The notes below the pieces were generated by a model, which worked only from the letters and a program-made list of their open reading frames with translations, was not told the DNA's origin and ran no database searches. 64,000 nucleotides of DNA from Podarcis muralis. Lineage: Eukaryota. A program made the position numbers and the translations under genes. Location: positions 106,268,001 through 106,332,000 of the forward strand of contig NC_135656.1 of assembly GCF_964188315.1 (NCBI RefSeq). The letters run 5' to 3'. This document shows positions 36,989-48,676 of this stretch, piece after piece; position 1 is the first letter of the stretch, and each line of letters opens with the position of its first letter.

Positions 36989-38002
36989 ATGGCGGCTGAG
37001 CTGAAGGAACAGAGATGCGTGAAGGAAGAGCCCGGAACGACGGCGGTGCTGGCGGGCGGCTCGGAAGAGACGGTCTCCCACAGCTGCAAGCGGGAGAGAG
37101 AGAACAGGGGCCGAGACTTGCCAGAGAAGCGAGAGAGAGCTGAGAAAAGCCGAGAAGAAGCTGCTCTGCCACGCAAGGAGCAGGGCTTCGGGAATCTTGA
37201 CCAAATAGTGATCCAGCAGCTGATCCACATTGGAGGAGGCGGGAGGAGGCGCGGCAAGCAGGGGGAGAACTTCCGCCAGGACTCGGGCCTCGGCAAGGCT
37301 TCAATCGTCCGCCTGGGAGAGAAGCCGTACCTGTGCATCGTCTGCGAGAAAACCTTCCGCAACCACTCGGGCCTCATGGTCCACCAGCGGATCCACACGG
37401 GGGAGAAACCCTACAAATGCCCCGATTGCGAAAAGAGCTTCAATCAGCGCTCGCACCTGACCTCCCACCGCGGCACCCACACCGGAGAGAAGCCCTTCAA
37501 GTGCTTTGCCTGCGGGAAGAGCTTCAGCTACAACTCGGGCCTGGTGATCCACCAGCGCATCCACACCGGGGAGAAGCCGTACCAGTGCCCCGGGTGCGAG
37601 AAGAGCTTCAGCCAGAAATCCCACCTGCTGTCGCACCAGAGGACCCACGTGGGGGAGAAGTCCTTCAAGTGCCTGGACTGCGGGAAGAGCTTCAGCTACA
37701 ACTCGGGCCTGGTCATCCACCAGCGCATCCACACCGGGGAGAAGCCGTACGAATGCTCAGACTGCGGGAAGAGCTTCAACCAGCGCTCGCACCTCGTTTC
37801 GCACCGAGGCGTCCACACGGGGCGCAAGCCCTACTCGTGCCGGGATTGCGGGAAGAGCTTCAGCTTCAACTCGGGCCTCGTCATACACCAGCGGCTGCAC
37901 ACGGGGGAGAAGCCTTATGAGTGCTCCGAGTGTGGGAAGAGTTTCAATCAGAAATCACACCTTATTTCACACCAGAGAGTCCATGCCGGGCAAAAGCTCT
38001 GA
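36989..38002 (+). CDS. C2H2 zinc-finger protein, 8 fingers in an alternating A/B pattern (337 aa)
   Basis: Helices NHSGLMV, QRSHLTS, YNSGLVI, QKSHLLS, YNSGLVI, QRSHLVS, FNSGLVI, QKSHLIS; acceptor tctcaacag at 36980. Confidence 0.92.
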   Translation: MAAELKEQRCVKEEPGTTAVLAGGSEETVSHSCKRERENRGRDLPEKRERAEKSREEAALPRKEQGFGNLDQIVIQQLIHIGGGGRRRGKQGENFRQDSGLGKASIVRLGEKPYLCIVCEKTFRNHSGLMVHQRIHTGEKPYKCPDCEKSFNQRSHLTSHRGTHTGEKPFKCFACGKSFSYNSGLVIHQRIHTGEKPYQCPGCEKSFSQKSHLLSHQRTHVGEKSFKCLDCGKSFSYNSGLVIHQRIHTGEKPYECSDCGKSFNQRSHLVSHRGVHTGRKPYSCRDCGKSFSFNSGLVIHQRLHTGEKPYECSECGKSFNQKSHLISHQRVHAGQKL

Positions 38003-38017
38003 CTAGCTGGCGGCAGA

Positions 38018-38498
38018 TACCATATGTTTCCGTGCATAACACAACACGCCCCCTATTTTGGGGGACTACATTTTAAGAAAATGGGGGGAGATGGCCCAGA
38101 GTTGTTGAGCTTTTTTTTTGGGGGGGGGGGAATGCAGAAAATCACTCGCCCGACTCAAAAATGCTGAGAATCGCACGCATCACCAAAGCTAACAAGCGTC
38201 TGCCCGCCCGCCACCAGCAGCCAGCAATCGGCCGCCCAATTGGCACAGCAGAAGCCAATCTGAAACACCCCTTGCCGCAGCCACCAATCACCCACCCAAC
38301 TGACGCAGCAACAGCCAATCCGAAGCAGCCCTTGCCGCAGACACGAATCACCCACCCAATCACCGGTGACAAGCTGCTGCTCGCAGCTGAGACAAATCAC
38401 CCGTCCGCCCTCTGCACTATCTGTGTATAAGACAAAGTCCAATTTTTAACATTCTTTTTGAGTAAAAACTCTTGTCTTATACACGGAAAAGTACAGTA
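38018..38498. mobile_element. pogo/Tigger-like MITE immediately 3' of the ZNF stop codon
   Basis: Imperfect TIRs taccatatgtttccgtgcataac and cttatacacggaaaagtacagta; internal duplicated unit of about 60 bp. Confidence 0.65.
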
Positions 38499-38607
38499 TG
38501 CCTTCTATTTAGCTGTGGTTCCTGCACAGGGGTTGGACTTGATAGCGTTTCCAGCTCTGCAATTCTATTGACAGGACTATAATTCCACCTCTAAAAAGGA
38601 TCTAGAA

Positions 38608-38743
38608 CAGGGTTTCCCAAACTTTTGTCTCTAGCAGTTTTTGGACTACAGTTCCCATCGTCTCTGACTCCTGGCCCTGCTAGCTGGGGATGATGGGAGT
38701 TGTAGTCCAAAAACAGCTGGAGACCCGCATTTGGGAAACCCTG
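38608..38743. mobile_element. Palindromic hAT MITE
   Basis: TIR cagggtttcccaaa/tttgggaaaccctg; perfect 8-bp TSD atctagaa. Confidence 0.9.
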
Positions 38744-40488
38744 ATCTAGAACACTGGTCTCTAAGCAGTAGCTTGCAGGTAATGAGGCACCGCCAGTATT
38801 CCTTAAGGTGTGTGCCGTGTGGCAGTGGCATGGTTTTATTAGAATTTTGAAGGTGAATTTATACAGGTGTGTATAAACTGCACATTCGATGAGAGCAGCC
38901 TTTCTTTTTGCTACAGATCAACAGCAGTGCACTGAGAAGGAGGACTGAAGGGAGAGAGAGAGAAATCTAGGCATTCAACAAGAAGATAGTTACTGCTGAA
39001 ACCCAGTATTAAAAATCCAACATTAATCTCTCTCCCTCCTCCACTTTTCTGAAGTGAAAAAACCCTTAGACTTAAAGCTAGAGGATTTATTGATCAACTG
39101 CTATAGGAAAGTATTTAAAACCACCTGTTAAACATTTTATATTGGCCTGTCAAGGTATGCTTCTTAGTTGGTGTGGAATCTGCAGCCTGTTTCAGAAATT
39201 TGCATCAGTGTAGGAAGGAGAGTGAATCTTACTTGCTGGCTCTGTTTTCCGTGCCTAAAAAAGGGATCCTACCTGTGTACAGCTGTGTGTGAGCAGATCC
39301 CCTTTTCAGATGTTACACTGAATGCAGGGCTGATGGGCCAGTAAAGTGTGGAATGTCACAAGGCACATTCTCTCTCTCTCTTTACCTGTTCAGCCTGCAA
39401 GTGGAGGCAACTTTGGGAAGAGGGCTTCTTAAGTGAAAAAAAAAAAGAGTCAGATGTGATGTTGGATCCTCTAGATTGGATTACTGCAATGTACTCTGCA
39501 TGGGGCTGCCTTATGGGGCTGGCCGCAGCAGCCAAGCTTGTGACTTGGGGCCCTATTTCTTAAGAGCAGCCTTTCTCAACCTGTGGCTCTCCAGATGTTG
39601 TTGAACTACAACTCCCATCACCCTAGCTAGCAAGGCCAGAGCTCAGGGATGATGGGAGTTGTAGTCCAACAACATCTGGGGACCCACAGGTTGAGAACCG
39701 CTGCTTTAGAGTGTATAACTACAGTGGACGCTTGGGTTGCGAATGTGATCCATGCGGGATGCATGTTCGCAACCTGCAGCATTTGCAACCCATGCCTGCG
39801 CGTCTGCACACGCGCAGGTTGCGATTTGGCGCTTCTGTGCATCCACGACTGCCAAAACCCGGAAGTAACCCAGTCCCGTACTTCCAGGTTTCGGCAGTCT
39901 GCAACCCGAAAAAATGCAACCTGAAGCAGACGCAACATGAAGTATGACTGTACATTGTTCAGTTACCGGTTTGTTTGTGAGCAAAACTCAAAAGTGTTGG
40001 TTACTCTACAAATGCCATTAAAAATCGTTTGGGATCTGAAGGGCCATCTGCCCCCTGAGCCCACCCACCCACTGCAGTTGCCCTCAGATGCTCTGCTTCT
40101 TGTCCCAACTCTGACTGGCTGGCACATGAGGCAAGGACTTTTCGGTTCTGGCACCTAGTTTGTGGAACACCTTGCCAAAAAGGCCCTGTTGGCCCCCCTC
40201 ATTCTTAGTCTCTCGACATTTTTACAAAAGGGAAACATTTTGTTCCACTGTGCCTTTTAATACCAGGCTTTTGTTGTTGTATAGGTGTTTTGTTTTTTTT
40301 AATTTGCAGATTGTCGTTTGTGTTAACTGATGCTGTGAACTGCCCCGATGCCCATGTGAAGAACCGAAAGCTGGGGGAAGTAACTATTTTAATAAATAAA
40401 ACAGTATTTATCAATATTTTGTTATAAGAGACTGTTGTAACTTAACTGGGGGGAAACCCAACATCTATATACAGCATGTTGCTGTATA

Positions 40489-40884
40489 TACAGTGGTGCC
40501 CCGCAAGACAAATGCCTCGCAAGACGGAAAACCCGCTAGACGAAAGGGAGGTGCTTCGCAAAACAAATTTCCTATGGGCTTGCTTCGCAAGACGAAAATG
40601 TCTTGCGAGTTCCTGCAGGGTTTTTTTCCTCCCCCCCCTTTTTCCCAAGCCGCTAAGCCGCTTAACAGCTGATCCGCTAAGCTGCTAAGCCGCTTATCAG
40701 CTGATCACTAAGCCGCTTATCAGCTGATCCGCTAAGCCGCTTAACAGCTGATCGCTAAGCCGCTAATCAGCTGATCCGCTAAGCCCGCTAAGCCGCTAAT
40801 GGGCTTGCTTCGCAAGACGAAAAAAACCGCAAGACGAAGAGACTCGCGGAACGGATTCTTTTCGTCTTGCGAGGCACCACTGTA
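40489..40884. mobile_element. Tc1/Tigger-like MITE carrying a minisatellite of about 24 bp
   Basis: Same TIRs as 11339-11697; internal (ccgctaagccgcttaacagctgat)-like array at about 40649-40800. Confidence 0.85.
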
Positions 40885-41739
40885 CATTTACTAGTGCATA
40901 TTACAGTACTGTAGTCTCTCAAGTTGGTTTGTTATAATATATAAACTCTATTTGGAAGTTTCCCTTGCACTTTGGGCAAACTTGGGAGGTGGGAGCAGGG
41001 CTGTGCTGATGAGCCTCACCCGTGGGGCCCACATGCAAAGTGCAAAGAAGTGCAAGCAGGCAGCCTTTGCCTGCATGAACAAAGGGGGCTACACTATCAG
41101 GAATCCTAGTTGTGTAGGATTCCTGATTGCATGGAAGCCTGTGTGTATGTGTGTGAAGGCTGCCTCCCTGCATGTTTGCACTGTCCCTTCAGATGCCAGC
41201 AACTTACCAACTTACTTACGGAGGCCAGGGCTGGCTGATGGTTCCCCTCTCTCTTTCTCACGTTTGTTCAACTTCTGAATAGGGCTATGAACGGTTACAT
41301 TTCTGTATCTGAAGCATAGACACTGCCTGTAATCACCCCGCCTGCTTGCAATAAATGGAGTGTGTGCAATGACCAATCGCCTTATTTTGTATTCTATTTT
41401 CACAATAGATATTGGTTGCATCCTCGGATTTTTTTTACTCCCCCTGCCCCCTGCCACTTCTGCCACCAGGCAAAACTTCATGAAGGCAGCATCACATGGA
41501 TGTGTGAAGGAACCATCAAAGATCCAACAGCACAAGCAGAATTTTGGAGATTGCTTCCTGTTGCCTCGTACGTTAGACTTTTCCAGCAGAGCAGATCATA
41601 AAAAGAGCCTTGTTGATACAGGACGGTCTACATACACAGCGTTGTTATTTTGTTGCTGAAAGTTAAGAGCGTTGCTACTAGCGATATATTGCAGTTTCTA
41701 CAGCCTACGTATAGTAGGGGTATTTTAAAAGAGAGTCAT

Positions 41740-43000
41740 AGTGATCCCATAGCTAAAAGTGGAAGCCGGTAAATGTGTCCTCTTTATAGCTCTTCAAAAT
41801 ATGGCAACCTTATCTGCCAGAGCCTTCTTGTTTGGTTTGTTTAAAATTTATTTGGTTTTTCAAAAGTTTACAGTCACATGTCCAATTTACAACATAAAAA
41901 CAAGATTCCAGGGAATCTTGTGGACTTCCCTCCTCCCCTTTGTGGGTCCTCTTGTTCATCATTTCCTCCTGCACCTCTAAGGATAATCCAAAATCTTTTA
42001 CCTCTCCATTGTGTAGCAGGAACCCCCCCCACCCCAATCATTCTGCTTGTACAAACTTCACACACACACACTCACACACTACATACGCCACATTTCTGTT
42101 ATAAATTCATAGAAAAATCAACCATACATTGGATTTGCACTGTTCCATTTTTATTTTACTCCATATGACAAGAACTAACAAAAGGGGAGGGGGGTTTGAC
42201 CCTGGTCAGCCAAAATCCCTTCACTGTCTCAGCACATCTGCAGGAGCCCTGCCCAGATGATCCCAGACAGAAGACAATCAAGACCACAAAGAACTTGCAT
42301 ATGGGAGTGGATTCAGCATGGACTGAAACAAAGGACAATGATCAGATCTTCCCTCAGGGGGCAGGAAACTGCAAACTCCCCTTTGTCTCCTGGAAGTGAC
42401 TCATGGGGAGGGGGGAAAGGAGGAACCAGCCAGGTGACAAGATACTCAGGTTACCACCAACTCCTCCCTCAACCCCTCCTTTCTGTAATGTATGCATGAT
42501 GTTTCTGGGGATGGGCTTGACCTAGAGGAGGGGAATTTCAAAAGTTTTTATAAGACCTTGCACACTATTTTTCTGGGTCTTTCCTCTCACCTGCAAGTGA
42601 GGGGAACACCCTGTCGCGACAGTCTTTCTTCAATAAAGACCAGGCCTACAGGCTGCTGATTTGCTTCAATTTGCTCTGGTTGGTGCTTTATTTTTGTCCA
42701 AGGGAGCCCTAAGATTTTTCCTGTAACAATTGTGTCAAAAATTCACCATTAAACTGGGAGTGATATTCCATCCTACTAACGAGTTTAACTGTTTACAGTT
42801 GTTTTTAGAATAAGTTATAAATTCTCCCCATTCCTTATTAAAATTTTGGTCTTGCTGATCTCTAATTCTTTTGGCCATTTCGGCATAGTCCATCGACTTG
42901 ATCTGCATTTCTTCTCTGGTAGGGACTTCATTCCATCTCTGGGCCAATAACATCTGCGCCATAGCTGGCAACCTTCCCTTTTTTTGCGGGAAATTCCCTT
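41740..43000 (-). mobile_element. L1/Tx1-like 3' fragment, split by a solo LTR
   Basis: Frame AQMLLAQRWNEVPTREEMQIKSMDYAEMAKRIRDQQDQNFNKEWGEFITY, an L1-clade ORF2 C-terminus. Confidence 0.65.
42012..42728 (+). mobile_element. Solo LTR (717 bp)
   Basis: TG...CA termini (tgtagcagg and cctgtaaca); 4-bp TSD attg on both sides; TATA-like tttataag at about 42546 followed by AATAAA at about 42631. Confidence 0.75.
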
Positions 43001-43129
43001 ATTCCAGTGCCGTTTCCCACTGCTTCCCGCTGCTATCCCGGATTGTTAGATATCCCGTAGACGGTCCCCGGGACAGGTGAGGCTGCTGATCCCTTATTTT
43101 CAAATCTGAAAGTTGACAGCTATGATCTG

Positions 43130-43500
43130 CGCAGCCGTGGTCGCATGTATAAATAGTTTTATCTGTTCCCTTTGGGATTTCGGCACCTAGAATTCCTGAG
43201 TCGTCTTGTTATTTAGAAAGGAAAATATCTCGGAGCTTCCCTGGTGGCGCCACCAGAGGGAGCACAGGAGTCGGGGAAAAGAGCGGCGGAAGTGGCTGCC
43301 CCGCTTTCCCCTTTCGTCGTCTTCGCCAGCACTGAGCTTCCGTGGTCAAGCGCAGTTGCGTGATGCGGAGTTTCCCCGGGTGCCCCCCCCCCCGGCCTCG
43401 GATGACGCCGCCTTGGTTCTTGCTCGTCCTGCGCATGCTCAGAGGAGGAAGCGGCTCCTGCTGGACCCAGAAGGATGGAGATGGCGTCCTTAACTCCCGG
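43130..43500 (+). promoter_or_regulatory. CpG island/promoter of the KRAB-ZNF gene
   Basis: CpG-rich region directly upstream of coding exon 1. Confidence 0.65.
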
Positions 43501-43531
43501 AGGAATGGGAGCAACTGCAGCCGGCTTGAAA
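43475..43531 (+). CDS. KRAB-ZNF coding exon 1 (MEMASLTPGGMGATAAGLK)
   Basis: ATG to phase-0 donor AAA|gtgagc; joins in frame to the KRAB-A exon. Confidence 0.65.
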
Positions 43532-44641
43532 GTGAGCGAACTCCCACAAAGAGTTCAGGAAAGTCCGTCCCCCACGTGGTTGTTCAGCAGAGCATGTGCG
43601 GATGCGGATATATGAACCATACAAACAGGCGGCAGGCAGAAAACAAACAGGCGAAGCTTTCCCACCACCTCTTCTTCCTCCTTTCTTCCCTCTCCTTCCC
43701 ACTCGTTCCTCCAGCTTATTTTTTCGAAGGGGGGGGAAGGGTTGACCCACTTTCCCTTAAAAAACGGCTTCTGCGGTTTTCCACAGCTTCACAAGGCTTA
43801 TGGAAACTTGGTGGCTTTCCGCTCTATTTCCATGCAGGAAAGCCGCTGCACCTGCTGAATGCCCGCCTGCCAAGCTGCTGTTAATGGCACAGGAGTGGGC
43901 GGGTGGGCGGGCATGGATTAGATCTTTTAGAGCATTGTTGGAAGGGGGGCTGTGTTCTCTCTCTTTTTTGTATACATATGTTAAATTTTCTGTTTTACAA
44001 TTTAAAGTACTGTACAGTGCTACCTTGGATTACATACGCTTCAGGTTACAGACTCTGCTAACCCAGAAATAGTACCTCGGGTTAAGAAATTTGCTTCAGG
44101 ATGAGAACAGAAATTGTGCTCCAGCGGTGCGGCGGCAGTGGAAGGCCCCATTAACTAAAGTGGTGCTTTAGGATAAGAACAGTTTCACGTTAAGTACGGA
44201 CCTCCGGAATGAATTAAGTACTTAACCTGAGGTACCACTGTACTAATATTTACATCCTTAAGATATCAGTGACTTCCCTTCTTCTCTTTCCATGGTTCAT
44301 TTTACATATCATAAATCCCTGCATGTTTTACAGAAACTATACCATTCAGTATTCCATTATGACATCCATCACAACTTATTTACAGTGTTGAATTTAAATT
44401 CAACAGGGGGTTGTGTTCTAACATTCTGGTTGCGTTCAAGCCAAGGGCCCATCTTGGCCAGCATCTGGTTCTCACAGTGGCCTTATGGGAAACTCTCAAG
44501 CAGGTTCTTGGTGCAACAGTCACAGAATTGTAGAGTTGGAAGGGATGAGGCCCTTAGGGACTGTCGCCATCACAGCCTCTGGCAGAGAGCTGGTGGAGCC
44601 ATCCGGAACTCCATTTGAGAGTTGCTTTCTCTTTGCTGCAG

Positions 44642-44762
44642 GTGATGTTTGAGGACGTGGCTGTATATTTCTCCCTGGCAGAGTGGGCGGAGCTAGCCAA
44701 ATGGCAGAAGGACCTCTACCAGGCTGTGATGGTGGACAACTATGAAGCGGTCACCTCTCTGG
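44642..44762 (+). CDS. KRAB-A exon
   Basis: VMFEDVAVYFSLAEWAELAKWQKDLYQAVMVDNYEAVTSLG; acceptor tttgctgcag, donor G|gtaagg. Confidence 0.92.
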
Positions 44763-46304
44763 GTAAGGATCTCCCTTGCTTGTGTGTGTATGTCCTGTGG
44801 TGTTTCAGAGAGTCTGGAAGCAGCAGAGAAATAATGCTGGTGTCAAGGTTTGCAGAGGGGAGAGCACCTCTTTGTTGAACTGACCTTGGAGGCAAACGTA
44901 AGGTTTTGCCATCTGCAAATTGTAGTACAGGCACCAGTCTGAAACGTTTCGTTTGAACCAGCATTTCCTCAACTTGGTGCCCACATAAGAGCATCAGAAA
45001 AGCTTGTACTGCCAGTTAAGGCCAAAGGGGCCACCATCCTGTTGTCACCAGATGCCCCGATGGGACGCCTGCAAGCAGTGCAACAGCAGCAACTCTCCCC
45101 ATTTGCAATTTTATTAGCATTTATTTCCCTTCTTTTTCTCCAAGGAGCTCAAGGTGGCCCTGTGGTTCTCCACCCCCCCAACCCCTTTAATCCCCACAAC
45201 AACACTGCGAGGCAGGCTAGGCTGAGAGGCAGCCGCTGCCTCTAGGTCACGCAGCGAGCCCCCTGGCCGAGTGGGAACCCAAACCTCAGTCTTCCAAGTC
45301 CTAGTCCAGCACTCTAACCACTCGTGCACCACACTGGCTCAATTCCCTGCAACCCATATTCAAAAGGAACATAGCCATCATAGCCAAGAGCCGTAATCAC
45401 TCCAATCTGTGGGCAACCCAATTCGTGCACCCTGCCAGCCCTTCTTGAATCCCAGGAAAATGCAGCTGGTGTGTTTGTGGTTTTCTGCTGCTGCTTCCCT
45501 AACCCAACCACGAAAGGGAAACGAAAAAACGCATCTCTGGCGATTGGCTTCCTGGCTGGATGTGTGAGTGAGCAGCAGTGCCCCCCCCTTCCCTCCAGCA
45601 GCACGCCCCCCAGAATAGTTGCCACCCCACTGAATCCGCCCAGCCTGCATACTTGGCTTAGTCTGAGTTCTTACAAACGTGTAATGGGTATTACTACTTC
45701 TTGTTTATTTATTTTATGAATCTCTTTCCACGTGCATCTCAAGGCAACTTACAAATAAGTCATAGAAATCAGCTAGAAATTGTTTTCAAAATGATACAAA
45801 GTAGAGACTTTGTGTCACTAGAGCTGGAAAAGCAGAGGGTGGGAGTCTTCAGATGTTTCAGGAAAGTACAGCTAGGAGGTGCCTGTCAACATCACAAGAG
45901 GGATGCTGTTCCATAGATCAGGGGCAGCCACGGCAAAGTCCCTGCTCTGAGGTTTTGGTGGCATGTGTTTCTGTGGCGGCTTGGAAGAGACACTCTTCTG
46001 CAGAGCACAGTGACCTGCTGGGTGTATAAGGGATAGGAACAATTTTCTGCCATTGTACTTGGACAACGTATTTGTAAGGGAGGTGCGGTATCCTAGTGTG
46101 GTACAGTGGCTAGAGTGTTGGTCTGAGATTCCCCACTCAGTCACGAAGCCCCCTGGGTGACCTTAGGTCAGCCAATACCCCCACTGCAGGGCTGCTGTGA
46201 GGATGGAATGGGGAGGAGGGGACCCTGGCACGCCACCCTCAGCTGGTACATAAATGTAAGAAACGAGTTATGAGTAAAGTTGCTGTCCTCTGCTCCCACA
46301 ACAG

Positions 46305-46409
46305 GGCACCTGTCCATCAAACCGGAGCTCATCTGCAAAATAGAGCGCAAAGAGGAGCCCTGGGTGGAGGAATCCCTAGAACCCCTCAAATGGAAGAGAC
46401 CCTGGTTGG
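46305..46409 (+). CDS. KRAB-B exon
   Basis: (G)HLSIKPELICKIERKEEPWVEE; 105 nt, phase 1-1; acceptor cccacaacag, donor G|gtgagt. Confidence 0.88.
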
Positions 46410-47104
46410 GTGAGTTGATTTAAGGGGTGGTGGTTTTTGCCTTCCTCAGCCCTTTAAGGGTTCCCCGTTAACTGGTCCTTACCAGTGTTGTGATCAGGCC
46501 GCACTCTTGTGTATGTGACGCTGGCCTCGCTGGTAATGGATAACAGAAATCCCACCTCTCTTGCTCTGACTGGCAACATCTTAGGACACGGACTAGGACT
46601 TGGGGGAACTCAGGTTCAGATCCCCCCTCCCCATTCACTGATGAAATTAACTGGGCAGATTTGAGGCAATCGAGTTCTCTCACCCCCGCCTACCTCGCAG
46701 GAGGACGGGCCACATACGTAATCATAGAAACTAAGTAGTTTTATGCAGCAGGGTAATTCCAATCCATGCTTTAGGCCAGTAGTTCTCAAAGGCAGGAGAG
46801 GATGGCAAATGTGGTGGGAAGAGTCAAGGACAGTCAAAGAAACATTTAAACATTTCAGTCTATTATAGTCCCAAAATATTTTTTTGTTGTTTGTAGAATA
46901 TGGATCTCTTTTCAAAACGAGTGCCAAGACCATCAAGTGATACTGCAAGCTCACACTTCACATTGAGTTTGTATACACAGGGTTAGGGTTATTTTGGCAA
47001 TGATCTGTGTTTTTACGTAGCTGCATTGTTTTATACTTTCTGGACACCCCATGATCATAATATTGAGTTGCTTTCTATGCTATAAATAAAGCACTGCTAG
47101 GAGC

Positions 47105-47455
47105 TGATGGCGCTGTGGGTTAAACCACAGAGCCTAGGACTTGCCAATCAGAAGGTCAACGGTTTGAATCCCCGCAACGGGGTGAGCTCCTGTTGCTTGG
47201 TCCCTGCTCCTGCCAACCTAGCAGTTCGAAAGCACGTCAAAGTGCAAGTAGATAAATAGGTACCGCTCTGGTGGGAAGGTAAACGGCGTTTCCGCACGCT
47301 GCTCTGGTTCGCCAGAAGTGGCTTAGTCATGCTGGCCACATGACCCTGTACGCCGGTTCCCTCGGCCAATAAAGCGAGATGAGCGCCGCAACCCCAGAGT
47401 CGGCCATGAGTGGACCTAATGGTCAGGGGTCCCTTTACCTTTACCTTTACCTTTA
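47105..47455 (+). mobile_element. Sauria SINE (subfamily A), intronic
   Basis: Full-length copy with (ACCTTT)n tail. Confidence 0.9.
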
Positions 47456-47726
47456 GGAGTTGTTTCTTTTTGTTTGCCACTGCATTTCTTATCAATAAAA
47501 AAAATTCAGTGAGGTGCAAGCAAATGTTTATTTCCAAAAGCAGTGGTTCTCAAAAAAGTTTTGAGAAGCACTGCTTTAGCTGTCATGACTAATGGGTCAT
47601 TGGCAGACCATCCTCTGTGAATTTACCTTTTAAAAAAGCTAGTGGCTTTTTTTCTGGAGAGCTACAGGTTCCCCAGCCCTGGGTTAGGGCAGTATCTTCT
47701 CTAAAGCTTTCACTTTTCCCCTGCAG

Positions 47727-48676
47727 TCCTCAGGCTGAGTAACAACATGAAGCAGAATTCTCATCGGGAAGTTTCCAGGGTGACGACACTGCAGAATCCT
47801 GAGCCGGGAGAGACTTTGAAGAGCTGCTTGCCTTGTAGATCGGTGAGGCGAATAAATGTGGAGAGATTCGCTGAGTGCTGCCAAGGTTTTAAGACTTGGA
47901 AAGGACCCGGAGTCCATCAGGACCAAGGGGGAAGTAGGAACGCACACGCCGTCTGCGGGCAGAACAGCCGGAAGCATCCGAGACGCAAGGCAGACGAGAG
48001 CCAGAGCCTTTGGAAGTGCCCCGATTGCGGGAAAGGGCTCTCCAATCAAAACGCCTTCAAAAGGCACCAGAAATTCCACACGGGCGAGAAGCCCTACCAA
48101 TGTCGAGAGTGTGGGAAAAGCTTCATGGAGAGCAGCCACCTCACTCAGCACCAGAGGATCCACACGGGGGAGAAACCCTACACGTGTTTGGACTGCGGGA
48201 AAAGGTTCACTCAGATCTCGCACTTCATTCACCACCGGAGGAGCCACACGGGAGAAAAGCCCTACGGCTGCCCCGAGTGCGGGAAAAGCTTCAACTTCAA
48301 GTCGGCTCTGATTCGCCACCACCGGATTCACACGGGAGAGAAGCCGTACGAGTGCCCCTTGTGCAGGAAAAGATTCAACGTCAGCTCCCACCTGGCGAGG
48401 CACCAGAGGAAGCACCTCAAAGAGGCAGCGCTCAAAGCCGTAGAGGGCGTCAGAGGAAACCCGGTCTTTCTTGGGCGCTGCGGAGCACCACGGCCGTACG
48501 ACTGCATGAACTGCGAGAAAGGTTTTTTCCGGAGCGGAGACCTCGTGAGACACCAGAGGATCCACACGGGAGAGAGACCCTATCTGTGTAGCAAATGCGG
48601 GAAGAGCTTCAGCTACAAATCCAGCCGCCTGAGGCATGAGGCAGGACACATACGAGGGGTTGCCCTGAAGCGCTAG
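47727..48676 (+). CDS. KRAB-ZNF terminal exon, 7 C2H2 fingers (5 + spacer + 2); full predicted protein 410 aa
   Basis: Acceptor ttttcccctgcag, phase 1, in frame with the ORF from 47747; canonical fingers and TGEKP linkers. Confidence 0.92.

Noticed and set aside
37300-37990. Idea that the alternating ZF array reads the Sauria SINE (ACCTTT)n tail or telomeric TTAGGG
   Set aside because: The QxSH finger is expected to prefer N-G-A, and neither hexamer contains GA on either strand; unsupported without binding data.
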